DNA of 64,000 nt from a virus (taxonomy: Duplodnaviria > Caudoviricetes): positions 156,983 through 220,982 of IMG/VR virus record IMGVR_UViG_3300028624_000003; one strand, written 5' to 3'. Position numbers and translations under genes: made by a program. The notes beneath the pieces are model-generated. The model made no database searches and had not been told where the DNA came from. It saw only the letters and a list, made by a program, of their open reading frames with translations. Of the stretch, positions 1 to 8,285 are shown one piece after another (within the stretch, counting starts at the first letter, position 1; the number at the start of each line of letters is the position of its first letter).

Positions 1-105
1 CAAATGCAAACGATCCCTATTGACATCGAAGTACTCGGCAAAGAAATCACACGACAAGTACAACAACATCCTGAACTCAATACAAAAAAGAGACAATGGA
101 TGTGA
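1..105 (+). CDS. 3' end of a hypothetical gene running in from outside the window
   Basis: Frame 1 is open from base 1 (QMQTIPIDIEVLGKEI...) to TGA at 103-105, overlapping the start of the next gene. Confidence 0.5.
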   Translation, partial: QMQTIPIDIEVLGKEITRQVQQHPELNTKKRQWM

Positions 106-911
106 GTAATACAGAAGGAGCATTGTTCGTACAAAATGGAGATACTTCGATCATGCTGTCACTGATATGCAAAGAAAGTAATGATCTGTACAAAGAACCA
201 ATCACGATACCTAACGGTACTGTGGCCGTGTTTACTGACGGGAAGATGGCTGTTGTCATAAATCGTACGCTACTCACGGTATTGCAGACTATCGTAACAG
301 AAGCTGAGCATGCGTTAATCGAAGATGTCGAACTCGTATTAGATCCACATAAGGCTGAAGAAGTACTGACCGTGTTTGGTGTACTCGCACATGAACTTGG
401 ACACGTTCTTTCAGGACGCCCGACCAAGGACAACATGTCTCCTATTGATAACTGGAGCGACATGTGCGAAGATGAAACCATGGATGACTACCACCGCAGA
501 CTCGCTACAGAAATATCGAACGGTAGGTATCTAGAAATAGAACATGAAGCAGACGTATTTGCAGCAGCACTACTTCGCAGTAAGTATCCGCTGTACCGAG
601 GTCACTTTGAGTTTCTTCACCGAAAGTACTTACTAATCGATGCGTATTTTTGCAAGATCAATCAGATCCGAGCTCTGCGAGATGCTAACACACCCAAATA
701 CGCAAAGGTGACGTATAACGGCAAGACTATTGAAGGTGATCCCAATACATTTACCTGGGGAATATGTCTTGTGAAAGAGACCGAAACGGAGCTCAAGTTC
801 TTCAATCTGTCCTGTAGTGGGGATGAGGTGACTATCACTCTGATTAGTACGCTGGATAAATCGAAACTCAAACTCAATGAAAAGGATGAAGGTGAATCAC
901 ATGCTGCGTAA
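96..911 (+). CDS. HExxH zincin-like (M48/IrrE-like) putative metallopeptidase
   Basis: AHELGHVL motif followed by EHEADVFAA (third ligand ExxAD). Confidence 0.7.
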   Translation: MDVSNTEGALFVQNGDTSIMLSLICKESNDLYKEPITIPNGTVAVFTDGKMAVVINRTLLTVLQTIVTEAEHALIEDVELVLDPHKAEEVLTVFGVLAHELGHVLSGRPTKDNMSPIDNWSDMCEDETMDDYHRRLATEISNGRYLEIEHEADVFAAALLRSKYPLYRGHFEFLHRKYLLIDAYFCKINQIRALRDANTPKYAKVTYNGKTIEGDPNTFTWGICLVKETETELKFFNLSCSGDEVTITLISTLDKSKLKLNEKDEGESHAA

Positions 912-1479
912 AGTATATACCGTTCTGACGTGCATCGGGTGGGCTATTCGTACTACCATTCATGCCAGGATTTTGGAACCTCGGAAGTTGCACCTGCGTG
1001 AACTCTTGGTACAGTTAATTGCACAATTTCAGTGCATTTACAAACTACGTACGGATGGACTCAGTTGCTACACTTGGCCAGAAGGTACCACTCCAGTAAT
1101 ACCTGCATGGTGGATATTTGCATCCGACATCGTGGTTTACTTGATATCCGGATACCGAGAAATTCCGTGTGCTGCAGTTCACAGTGTGCTGATTTATGAC
1201 GACGAAAACAAACCGCAGTTTGTGGTGGCTATTTTTCTGAATACCGCAAATGCATGCGCACCACACGATCTCACGACAGCTCTAGTGTATCATGAATTGG
1301 GTCACGTATTAGGTGCCACCGACAGTGAACTGGACGCCGATTCCTACGCAGCGGACAATGGATACGCAGAGCCGCTGTATCATTGGCTTAGATCTATTGA
1401 CTACGTCAATAACAAAGAAAGGTGCGATGCTTTGTATGATAGAATGCAGCTAGAAAAGAATGTCACTCAAGAAAATTGA
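901..1479 (+). CDS. HExxH zincin-like putative metallopeptidase, paralog of the upstream gene
   Basis: YHELGHVL...ELDADSYAA; start moved to ATG 901 (SD AAGGTG). Confidence 0.65.
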   Translation: MLRKVYTVLTCIGWAIRTTIHARILEPRKLHLRELLVQLIAQFQCIYKLRTDGLSCYTWPEGTTPVIPAWWIFASDIVVYLISGYREIPCAAVHSVLIYDDENKPQFVVAIFLNTANACAPHDLTTALVYHELGHVLGATDSELDADSYAADNGYAEPLYHWLRSIDYVNNKERCDALYDRMQLEKNVTQEN

Positions 1480-1481
1480 GG

Positions 1482-1499
1482 TATACATTACTTTCATGA
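1482..1499 (+). promoter_or_regulatory. Early (virion RNAP) promoter TATACATTAC-N6-GA
   Basis: One of 8 intergenic copies; resembles the phiKZ early motif TATATTAC. Confidence 0.8.
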
Positions 1500-1529
1500 T
1501 GTACCCTACTCAAACAAAGGAGTTCGTTC

Positions 1530-1667
1530 ATGCCCGGATACCGTAAGCACAGTTGGCTAAAGCCATACCTCGCTCTGATCATCGTGATTTCGGTCTTGGT
1601 TGGTTGGGGGCAGTGGTATGTCGCTTACCAGCCTTCCTCAATCATTTACGATCGAGTTCAGAGGTAG
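1530..1667 (+). CDS. 45-aa single-pass membrane protein (not in the ORF track)
   Basis: SD AAGGAG; MPGYRKHSWLKPYLALIIVISVLVGWGQWYVAYQ...; directly after an early promoter. Confidence 0.65.
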   Translation: MPGYRKHSWLKPYLALIIVISVLVGWGQWYVAYQPSSIIYDRVQR

Positions 1668-1709
1668 TAGCAAAAATCTCCAATTTAACCGTTCGTAAGG
1701 AGTTACGAA

Positions 1710-1970
1710 ATGTCAAGTAAAGTTATCAAACACCTCGTGGCGATGATGGAAGACCCTACCACGACACGTGAGGATCTCAGACTCCTCAATGAACAAATCA
1801 GCAAAGGTTGGGCGCAAAATAAGCAGCGCCCGAATGAAATATATACGAGGCCTACCAAAAAGGCCAAAAAGATGGATGCCGATGAAGAGACCGAAGAACT
1901 CGGTCAGACCGAGTACTATCGGTGCACGACACGCCAACCTCTCTTCGTTGAAGGGGGACTGCGTCAATAA
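1710..1970 (+). CDS. Hypothetical protein, 86 aa
   Basis: SD TAAGGAG; followed by a terminator. Confidence 0.65.
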   Translation: MSSKVIKHLVAMMEDPTTTREDLRLLNEQISKGWAQNKQRPNEIYTRPTKKAKKMDADEETEELGQTEYYRCTTRQPLFVEGGLRQ

Positions 1971-1974
1971 CACG

Positions 1975-2002
1975 AAAGGGACCTTCGGGTCCCTTTATTT
2001 TT
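1975..2002 (+). terminator. Intrinsic terminator
   Basis: AAAGGGACC-TTCG-GGTCCCTTT followed by ATTTTT. Confidence 0.85.
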
Positions 2003-2027
2003 GTCACATCTGATCAGGAGAATTGTC

Positions 2028-2729
2028 ATGCAATTTGCAGAAAAAGTGCAACTATCTACAATTGACTACCCTCAACAAACATGCTCCGTGATTTATACTC
2101 TGGGGTGTAATCTGAGGTGCCCGTATTGCCACAACATCGGACTGGCCAAAGGTACTGAACCTTCCGTGGATCTAGATAAGATCATAAAGAAGCTCAAAAA
2201 GAATAGGAAAATCACGGATTTCGTCTGCATCACAGGCGGAGAACCTACTTTGCAGAATGGGCTTGTACCATTCGTGAGATTCCTGAGAGACGAAGGATTC
2301 TTCGTCAAGCTGGATACCAACGGAACCCGTAGCGATATTCTCAAAATGCTACTGGACCAAAATCTCCTGACTTACGTGGCGATGGATATCAAATTCCACA
2401 GCAATGAGCACGCACAGAACTTCGGTACCAACGAGAAGTACTTGGAGCAAGTGTACAAGTCGATCAAACTACTCTATGAAAGCTCATGTCAATTCGAGTT
2501 ACGTACGACTCCGATCCGAGATGTCAACAGCATGGAGTTCTTCTCCACCGTCAGCAAGCTGGTCGATTCTTTGGCAAAGGAGTATCGTCACTATGCTCCG
2601 TGGTACATCAATACCACAAAGCCTGCGTATAACGTAGACGAGCGCGATATTCTGAGCGAAGATGACCTCAACAAGATGATCGATTCCACTAACAGCAAAT
2701 GCACCGGTGTTAGAATCACCGTACGGTAA
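2028..2729 (+). CDS. nrdG: Radical SAM anaerobic ribonucleotide reductase activating enzyme (NrdG2-type)
   Basis: STIDYP...GCNLRCPYCHN (CxxxCxxC), ITGGEPT, KLDTNG, YVAMDIK, ELRTT; ATG 2028 with SD CAGGAG. Confidence 0.85.
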   Translation: MQFAEKVQLSTIDYPQQTCSVIYTLGCNLRCPYCHNIGLAKGTEPSVDLDKIIKKLKKNRKITDFVCITGGEPTLQNGLVPFVRFLRDEGFFVKLDTNGTRSDILKMLLDQNLLTYVAMDIKFHSNEHAQNFGTNEKYLEQVYKSIKLLYESSCQFELRTTPIRDVNSMEFFSTVSKLVDSLAKEYRHYAPWYINTTKPAYNVDERDILSEDDLNKMIDSTNSKCTGVRITVR

Positions 2730-2732
2730 TAA

Positions 2733-2768
2733 AGATGCGGAGATGGGTAAAACACCATCTCCGTGTCT
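2733..2768 (+). terminator. Stem-loop, probable terminator
   Basis: AGATGCGGAGATGG...CCATCTCCGTGTCT. Confidence 0.6.
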
Positions 2769-2824
2769 ATTTGCACAAATGTGCAACTATATTACAGACC
2801 CTGCTCGTTCGTCGGTAATTGAAA

Positions 2825-2842
2825 TATACATTACTAACATGA
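2825..2842 (+). promoter_or_regulatory. Early promoter TATACATTAC-N6-GA
   Basis: Exact motif copy. Confidence 0.8.
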
Positions 2843-2875
2843 CGAGCCTCATTAACTTTAACAGGAGGATAGGGT

Positions 2876-3529
2876 ATGCTTTGGAGTAACTTCATCACCG
2901 CAATCGTGACTGCTGTAATGATCTTTCTTTCTCCTTCGGAAGGAAATGTTGCAGTGCGTCATGAAGCTACGGCAGATGCAGCTACTCGTACAGAATTTCG
3001 TGCACCCATATCGCGCACGGTGGTTACAGTTGAATCGGCAGAAAAGTACGAGACTGCCAAGCTCATCCGCGAGACAGCGGAAATCATCAAGCTTCACGAA
3101 GGCTTCTCAGCTAAACCTTATCTTTGTACTTCAGGTCAGTGGACCCAAGGATATGGTAGAAAAGTAGAAGGTCCTCGTCGAGCGAATGTAGGACCTAAGC
3201 AAGCACATGCCTGGCTGATAAAGGATCTCAATGAGATCGTAGACCAGCTAGATGCTGAACTCCCTTGGTGGAGAAACTTGTCACCTGTAAGACAGCAGGT
3301 GATTATGAATCTGGTGTACAACTTGGGATCGTCGGGGATCTACAAGTTCAAGAACTTTCTGGCTGCCACAGAAAAAGGTAAGTTCACGAAAGCGGCACGC
3401 GAGATTCTTTATAGTGGAGCAAAGAAGACGAAATACTGGAAGCAAGTCGGTGACCGTGCGGTACATCTAGCGGAAGCGATGCGCACAGGGTCATGGACAG
3501 ACGAACAGGGTAACCTGATCTACACGTAA
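2876..3529 (+). CDS. GH24 (T4-type) lysozyme with an N-terminal signal/SAR segment
   Basis: HEGFSAKPYLCTSGQWTQGYG gives an E-x8-C-x5-T triad; RQQVIMNLVYNLG; W-x-x-QVGDRA; hydrophobic N-terminus; SD AGGAGG. Confidence 0.88.
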   Translation: MLWSNFITAIVTAVMIFLSPSEGNVAVRHEATADAATRTEFRAPISRTVVTVESAEKYETAKLIRETAEIIKLHEGFSAKPYLCTSGQWTQGYGRKVEGPRRANVGPKQAHAWLIKDLNEIVDQLDAELPWWRNLSPVRQQVIMNLVYNLGSSGIYKFKNFLAATEKGKFTKAAREILYSGAKKTKYWKQVGDRAVHLAEAMRTGSWTDEQGNLIYT

Positions 3530-3556
3530 AATCCATCGGGATATGGAGAAAGAAGT

Positions 3557-4231
3557 ATGCGAGCCAACTGTGAAGTGATCCGTGATGAAGAAGGTAACGT
3601 CATTATACCAGCCGACGCTGTAAAATTCTTAGACATCGCAAGACGCATGAAGTTGACTCTCGTGGTAGCATCGAAGGTGTTTGCACCTATGTGCATAACT
3701 CCGGACCACATACTGGATGGAATTCCAGAACTGACGACTATTCCCAAACGTGGTGCGGGGATATTCTTTCACATGAAAAGTGCTAACCCGTTGAACTGGT
3801 ATGTCGATGCTAAATGTGTCGACCTCATGCTGTACAGGTGGCACTTCATGAATCCGTGCGCAAAAGCCAATATACTCAAAATAGACAAGAAAGTCAGAGA
3901 AACCGTGCGTCGAGAGGATTTACGTGAAATTCTCCGTCCCCAATTGGGACACCTCATCGACATCGAAGGGACTCTCGGAACCATGAAGAAATTCGCAAGT
4001 GCTGAAGGATACTTACGCTACTCCATCAGAATAAATGATGTGAAGCGATTATCCGGCGAATTTCTAACAGCGCATCTGCATACTCAGGTAGATGTAGATA
4101 CGTATGGTAGTTGTATGGCTTGGGGAATGGGTACAAAAGTCAAGGTACTCGGCCGTGTGATGGAGTATCAGGATACTCTCACTGGCGACACCAAGTATAC
4201 AATTGAGAAAGTCCAGCTCGAACGAATGTAA
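3557..4231 (+). CDS. Hypothetical protein, 224 aa
   Basis: Long ORF with SD GGAG, followed by a hairpin. Confidence 0.7.
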   Translation: MRANCEVIRDEEGNVIIPADAVKFLDIARRMKLTLVVASKVFAPMCITPDHILDGIPELTTIPKRGAGIFFHMKSANPLNWYVDAKCVDLMLYRWHFMNPCAKANILKIDKKVRETVRREDLREILRPQLGHLIDIEGTLGTMKKFASAEGYLRYSIRINDVKRLSGEFLTAHLHTQVDVDTYGSCMAWGMGTKVKVLGRVMEYQDTLTGDTKYTIEKVQLERM

Positions 4232-4240
4232 GAAATTTAA

Positions 4241-4297
4241 GAGAGGAGGGACTCCCACAAGGGGTCCCTCCTCTCGTGATGGTGATTATTTTTTTTT
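4241..4297 (+). terminator. 15-bp stem-loop with a downstream T tract
   Basis: GAGAGGAGGGACTCC...GGGGTCCCTCCTCTC; T9 a little downstream. Confidence 0.7.
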
Positions 4298-4302
4298 CGT
4301 TA

Positions 4303-4310
4303 ATTTTATG
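4303..4310 (+). promoter_or_regulatory. Late promoter ATnnTATG
   Basis: ATTTTATG upstream of a structural gene; phiKZ late consensus is TATG. Confidence 0.55.
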
Positions 4311-4348
4311 CGTCCAGATAGTTATCACTAGTATATAAGGAGAATCCC

Positions 4349-5680
4349 ATGATTTACGGATTCGTAGGTGATACTCTCTTCAAGCAGTTTTCAGCTGTGG
4401 AGAGTGGTGATGCAGGATTGCCTCCTGTGTGTTATCTCGATGACACCATTGAGAACTATTTCGAACAACGTCTCACTGTAACAGATACACGGGAAACCCG
4501 ACTCAATCCCAATCTTAAAGGTACAATAAGGTTGTACTTTGACGCGGCTAAATTGGGGGAAGACCATTTATTTTTGCATCTTCCTGAGGAAGAAAGACAT
4601 CTTCTCTTCAAGCTCGTCGAGAAACTCTATACTGCAGAAAGTACTGCACTTGAAGTACTCGAAGAAGATCTGACGACAGATCCTCAGTACAGTGTAGTGT
4701 ACATTCGTGAATCTCTTCGTCTCGGTACGAAATTCACGGGTACTGGACTTGCAGCAGATGTTCTTGGTCCTAAGACCATGCGAGATTACATTCAGTTCGA
4801 AATCAATCTCTCGGTAGGGAGAGTAGAATTCAAACTCTGGATGAGTCGTGTGATGTTTGCTGCAGACTATCCGCTGTCCACAATCTCGCGAGTGGCGTTC
4901 CCGTGCGAAGCCGGTATCCTCTTGAATCCCAGAAAAGTAGCCACGGTAGTAGACGCAATCATCCAGAGTACCAAGTTCAGCTTTATCTCGCTAGAGGACG
5001 AAGTACGTCTCGGTGACCACAGTGGGCTGCTTGTCTATGAGACCAAGTACGTCATCAATTCGAATACAGTCAAGATGATGCCATTTGGTATCTTGTACAA
5101 GGGTGCAAAACCCGGCACACTGGAAATACGCAAAGCCATTCGGGATAAACTCCTTTCCACAGGACTCGCAGATAAATCGGTATGGGAAAACATTCTGCCG
5201 GACTTGTTTGTGGTGGGACAATTCTTCATTGCTCCTATCTGGAACAACACGGTAGTGCGTCCGGAACGATCCATATTCCCTTCGATTCTCAAACTTGCCA
5301 GTATCGGTAACGTGTACAGGTCACTATTCCCGAACTTCGATCCGGAATACATCGCAGACAAACAGGAAATGCTCACGTGCGCACATAGTGAAATTTTCCT
5401 CTTGTGTCTGGCTGATCCATCAAACGAGACCGCGTTCAGTATCCGTGCTCTTCATCCTACGTATCAGTTACATTCCCCGCAGAACTCGAATTACAACTAC
5501 ATGGAACGGAAGACGCGTGAATTCAGTCTGAGGCTCAACCGGTGCATGGGAGTTCTCATGGGAGAAAACGTACTGGACGAATTTGTCGAAAATATATTCG
5601 ACAATCGTACGTATCTGTCTTTCGTAAGTGGTGGTATCGAGTATCACGTACTGACGAAGGACAGCTATCCTCAAAACTGA
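4349..5680 (+). CDS. phiKZ-like virion structural (tail/baseplate) protein
   Basis: 443 aa; SD AAGGAG; resembles conserved jumbo-phage virion proteins (recalled); sits among tail fibre genes. Confidence 0.55.
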   Translation: MIYGFVGDTLFKQFSAVESGDAGLPPVCYLDDTIENYFEQRLTVTDTRETRLNPNLKGTIRLYFDAAKLGEDHLFLHLPEEERHLLFKLVEKLYTAESTALEVLEEDLTTDPQYSVVYIRESLRLGTKFTGTGLAADVLGPKTMRDYIQFEINLSVGRVEFKLWMSRVMFAADYPLSTISRVAFPCEAGILLNPRKVATVVDAIIQSTKFSFISLEDEVRLGDHSGLLVYETKYVINSNTVKMMPFGILYKGAKPGTLEIRKAIRDKLLSTGLADKSVWENILPDLFVVGQFFIAPIWNNTVVRPERSIFPSILKLASIGNVYRSLFPNFDPEYIADKQEMLTCAHSEIFLLCLADPSNETAFSIRALHPTYQLHSPQNSNYNYMERKTREFSLRLNRCMGVLMGENVLDEFVENIFDNRTYLSFVSGGIEYHVLTKDSYPQN

Positions 5681-5698
5681 TCTAGGGGAATGTAAACC

Positions 5699-6343
5699 AT
5701 GGAAACACCGAAGAGCACCAAAATACTGTACTGCTGGAACTCGGTATATCCCAATGAACTCATGGGCGAAGTAGAAGTCCCTGAGAACATGGACCCAGCA
5801 GAATGTCAGACGAGCGAGATTCCTCCCGAACACCGGGAAGGATTTGCAATTTGCAGAGATTGTCTTCGGAATACATGGGTGTACCAGCCAGACCATCGCG
5901 GAAAGGTTTACTGGACACCTGACATGACCTGGAAAGATTCTGGGATTCCTGTATCTCTTCCTGGACCGATTCCTGAAGAATACACCTTCACTGCACCCGA
6001 GAAACCGATGTGTGTCCTTCGAGATGAAATCTCGAAACAGATTACGGACAAAAGAGTGCAGATGATGAATCAAGGTCTGACGATCGATGACGTGTGCTAC
6101 GATACTGACCGAGCTGCACAGATTCGCTACCTTGGGTTCATTGAGGCGCACAAGCATGACTCGGACTACAGGGTGGACTGGCTTACCACACAGGGTACTT
6201 GGGTACCAATGACTGTGGACAAGTGCAGAAAGATCCACCGAGAAATCCAGAGATACATCGAGCAGTGCTTCCAGTGGGAGTACAAGAAACAAGAAGAGCT
6301 TCGAAATACTCCGAACGAAAAGCTTCAGCAATTCCGCGTCTAG
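5699..6343 (+). CDS. Tail fibre assembly protein (Tfa-like N-terminus, DUF4376-like C-terminus)
   Basis: EIPPEHREGFA...WVYQPDHRGKVYW...GPIPEEYT; YDTD...W-x-T-x-x-x-x-WVPMT. Confidence 0.7.
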   Translation: METPKSTKILYCWNSVYPNELMGEVEVPENMDPAECQTSEIPPEHREGFAICRDCLRNTWVYQPDHRGKVYWTPDMTWKDSGIPVSLPGPIPEEYTFTAPEKPMCVLRDEISKQITDKRVQMMNQGLTIDDVCYDTDRAAQIRYLGFIEAHKHDSDYRVDWLTTQGTWVPMTVDKCRKIHREIQRYIEQCFQWEYKKQEELRNTPNEKLQQFRV

Positions 6344-6351
6344 TCACGCAA

Positions 6352-6379
6352 GTAGAGAGGGAGTAAAATCCCTCTCTAC
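6352..6379 (+). terminator. Stem-loop
   Basis: GTAGAGAGGGA-GTAAAA-TCCCTCTCTAC. Confidence 0.6.
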
Positions 6380-6385
6380 CTTGAA

Positions 6386-6393
6386 ATTTTATG
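6386..6393 (+). promoter_or_regulatory. Late promoter ATnnTATG
   Basis: ATTTTATG. Confidence 0.55.
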
Positions 6394-6459
6394 TGCACTT
6401 AAATAAACAAATTGCAGCGTACTGAAATCTCTGCGTACCTTAAACTGAAGAGGACTGTT

Positions 6460-7524
6460 ATGGGCATCGTCTTTCACCTTCCAGACGCTGGACGTATTCT
6501 TCATCAGAAGTTCATCCCTCTTACTGCAGAGAGTATGTTTCAGTTCAACCTGAATCCTACTCAGGATTTCATGACCAACGGTGTCGTGACAAACGATGAA
6601 TTCGTGTCCACGGTGGATAGTCCTCCGGTGGTGAAGTCATTCCGGAATATGACCATCCAAGCTGGTCATACAGTACGACCTACGAACAGATGCAAAGGGA
6701 TGTATCTGTACATCGCAGGAGATCTCACAATCAACGGTACTCTTTCTATGACACTCCGCGGAGCAAAGGGTCCCGGCAAGTACGTAGGTATGGATGCCAA
6801 GAATGGGCGTATCTACTACCATCCGACGGATATCTTTACGTCTGTTGGACTACCGTTCATTACTCCCAATGGTGGTGCGATCACTGCGTATCCTCCCTAC
6901 GACTATTGTGTCGATGGTAACCCCGGCACTGGCGGAGCGTGTGGTGGTGGTGGATCTGGTGGCAGGCATGCTGTACAGCCTGGAACAGCTAACGCTGGTC
7001 GCGGTGGTAATGGTACATCGTTCTCGGGTGGTGCAGGCGGTGGTGGTGTATCTGTAAGAGGTGGTGCTACTACTTCAGGTACGGATGGCGAAGCCGACGG
7101 TGGTGCTGGTGGTATCGGTTACGGGCATAACCCTTCGCCGTATGTTAAGTCCGGTGGTGGCGGTGCTGGTAACCCAGGTGGCGCAGGACGTGGTAACGGT
7201 GGAGGATATGGACCCGGTGCTTCTGGTACCGGTGGACTCATCATTCTGATCGTCAAAGGAAAGATCATTTTCGGTCCGAATGGAAAGATTGAAGCCGCGG
7301 GTGGTGCTGGTGGATACGCACAGCCTAGCTGGACTTGGAATATGGCTTGGGGTTCTGGCGGTGGTGGTTCTGGCGGTGGTGCAATCCATTTGTTCACTGA
7401 CCAGACGCTTACCACGGCAGATCAAGCTAAACTTCTCGTTCCCGGTGGGTTGGGTTACGTATCCGACGTACGTGGTGGTAATGGTGGAGCTGGATCCAAG
7501 ATTATTCGTACCATTCCGAAATAA
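6460..7524 (+). CDS. Glycine-rich (polyglycine-II type) putative tail adhesin, paralog A
   Basis: ATG 6460 with SD GAGG; repeated GGGGxGG/GGAG blocks separated by variable loops; paralog of 15025-16098. Confidence 0.7.
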   Translation: MGIVFHLPDAGRILHQKFIPLTAESMFQFNLNPTQDFMTNGVVTNDEFVSTVDSPPVVKSFRNMTIQAGHTVRPTNRCKGMYLYIAGDLTINGTLSMTLRGAKGPGKYVGMDAKNGRIYYHPTDIFTSVGLPFITPNGGAITAYPPYDYCVDGNPGTGGACGGGGSGGRHAVQPGTANAGRGGNGTSFSGGAGGGGVSVRGGATTSGTDGEADGGAGGIGYGHNPSPYVKSGGGGAGNPGGAGRGNGGGYGPGASGTGGLIILIVKGKIIFGPNGKIEAAGGAGGYAQPSWTWNMAWGSGGGGSGGGAIHLFTDQTLTTADQAKLLVPGGLGYVSDVRGGNGGAGSKIIRTIPK

Positions 7525-7530
7525 CTACAT

Positions 7531-7563
7531 CTCTAGTAGGGAGCATCTGGCTCCCTACTAGAG
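7531..7563 (+). terminator. 14-bp stem-loop
   Basis: CTCTAGTAGGGAGC-ATCTG-GCTCCCTACTAGAG. Confidence 0.65.
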
Positions 7564-7620
7564 TCAGTTAAAGTGAACGACACTCCTCTAAATATATGGG
7601 TAAATTTGAGCATTTCTGAC

Positions 7621-7628
7621 ATTCTATG
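7621..7628 (+). promoter_or_regulatory. Late promoter ATnnTATG
   Basis: ATTCTATG. Confidence 0.55.
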
Positions 7629-7655
7629 TGTCCACGACTATGGAGGATACTTACA

Positions 7656-8270
7656 ATGCAATTGACTGTAGGATGGGCTTATCGATTTCGATTCAAGCCA
7701 GACTTTTCCAAACTGGATGGAACCTACCTAGTCGTTAAGATCTACACTTACGACGAATTGCTCGAGGATAACCTCGATCTGTTCGAAGGTCTTTACACTC
7801 ATGTAGGAAAGACACAAGTCCAATTAGATGAAGACTACTTACAGTACCGTAATGGCAGTATCGCTAAGATCACGAATCCGGACGATTCTTCCATCGTGTA
7901 CTACATACCTGAAGCGATCCTTTCGGTAGAACCTGATCCGAATGTAAAACGATACCCTAAGCTGGCTATAGGCATAAACCTTGGGGTTTGTAAGGATGCG
8001 GCGGAAGTAGAGCACATCAAGAACACTGCTACCGAATTACTCGGAAAGATGTTCGGACTGGTCGACGACCCTGCAGTATTTTCTGTTTCTTCTGTATGGA
8101 TGACTGAAGAAGAGTATTCACAAGTTCTACAGGATAGACAGCATGCGGGTCGTGAGATAGTCAACTATTTTGGCGAAAATCAGCGTCTATTGGCTGAAGT
8201 AAATCGACTGAGTGTCATGGTCGAGAAATATAAAGAATACATCAAAACAATAGCATCGGCGAAGCCGTAG
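7656..8270 (+). CDS. Conserved jumbo-phage protein with a C-terminal coiled coil
   Basis: ATG 7656 with SD GGAGG; YYIPEAI...PDPNV..Y..L.IGINLG pattern. Confidence 0.65.
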   Translation: MQLTVGWAYRFRFKPDFSKLDGTYLVVKIYTYDELLEDNLDLFEGLYTHVGKTQVQLDEDYLQYRNGSIAKITNPDDSSIVYYIPEAILSVEPDPNVKRYPKLAIGINLGVCKDAAEVEHIKNTATELLGKMFGLVDDPAVFSVSSVWMTEEEYSQVLQDRQHAGREIVNYFGENQRLLAEVNRLSVMVEKYKEYIKTIASAKP

Positions 8271-8285
8271 CATGAGGAGTAGAGG

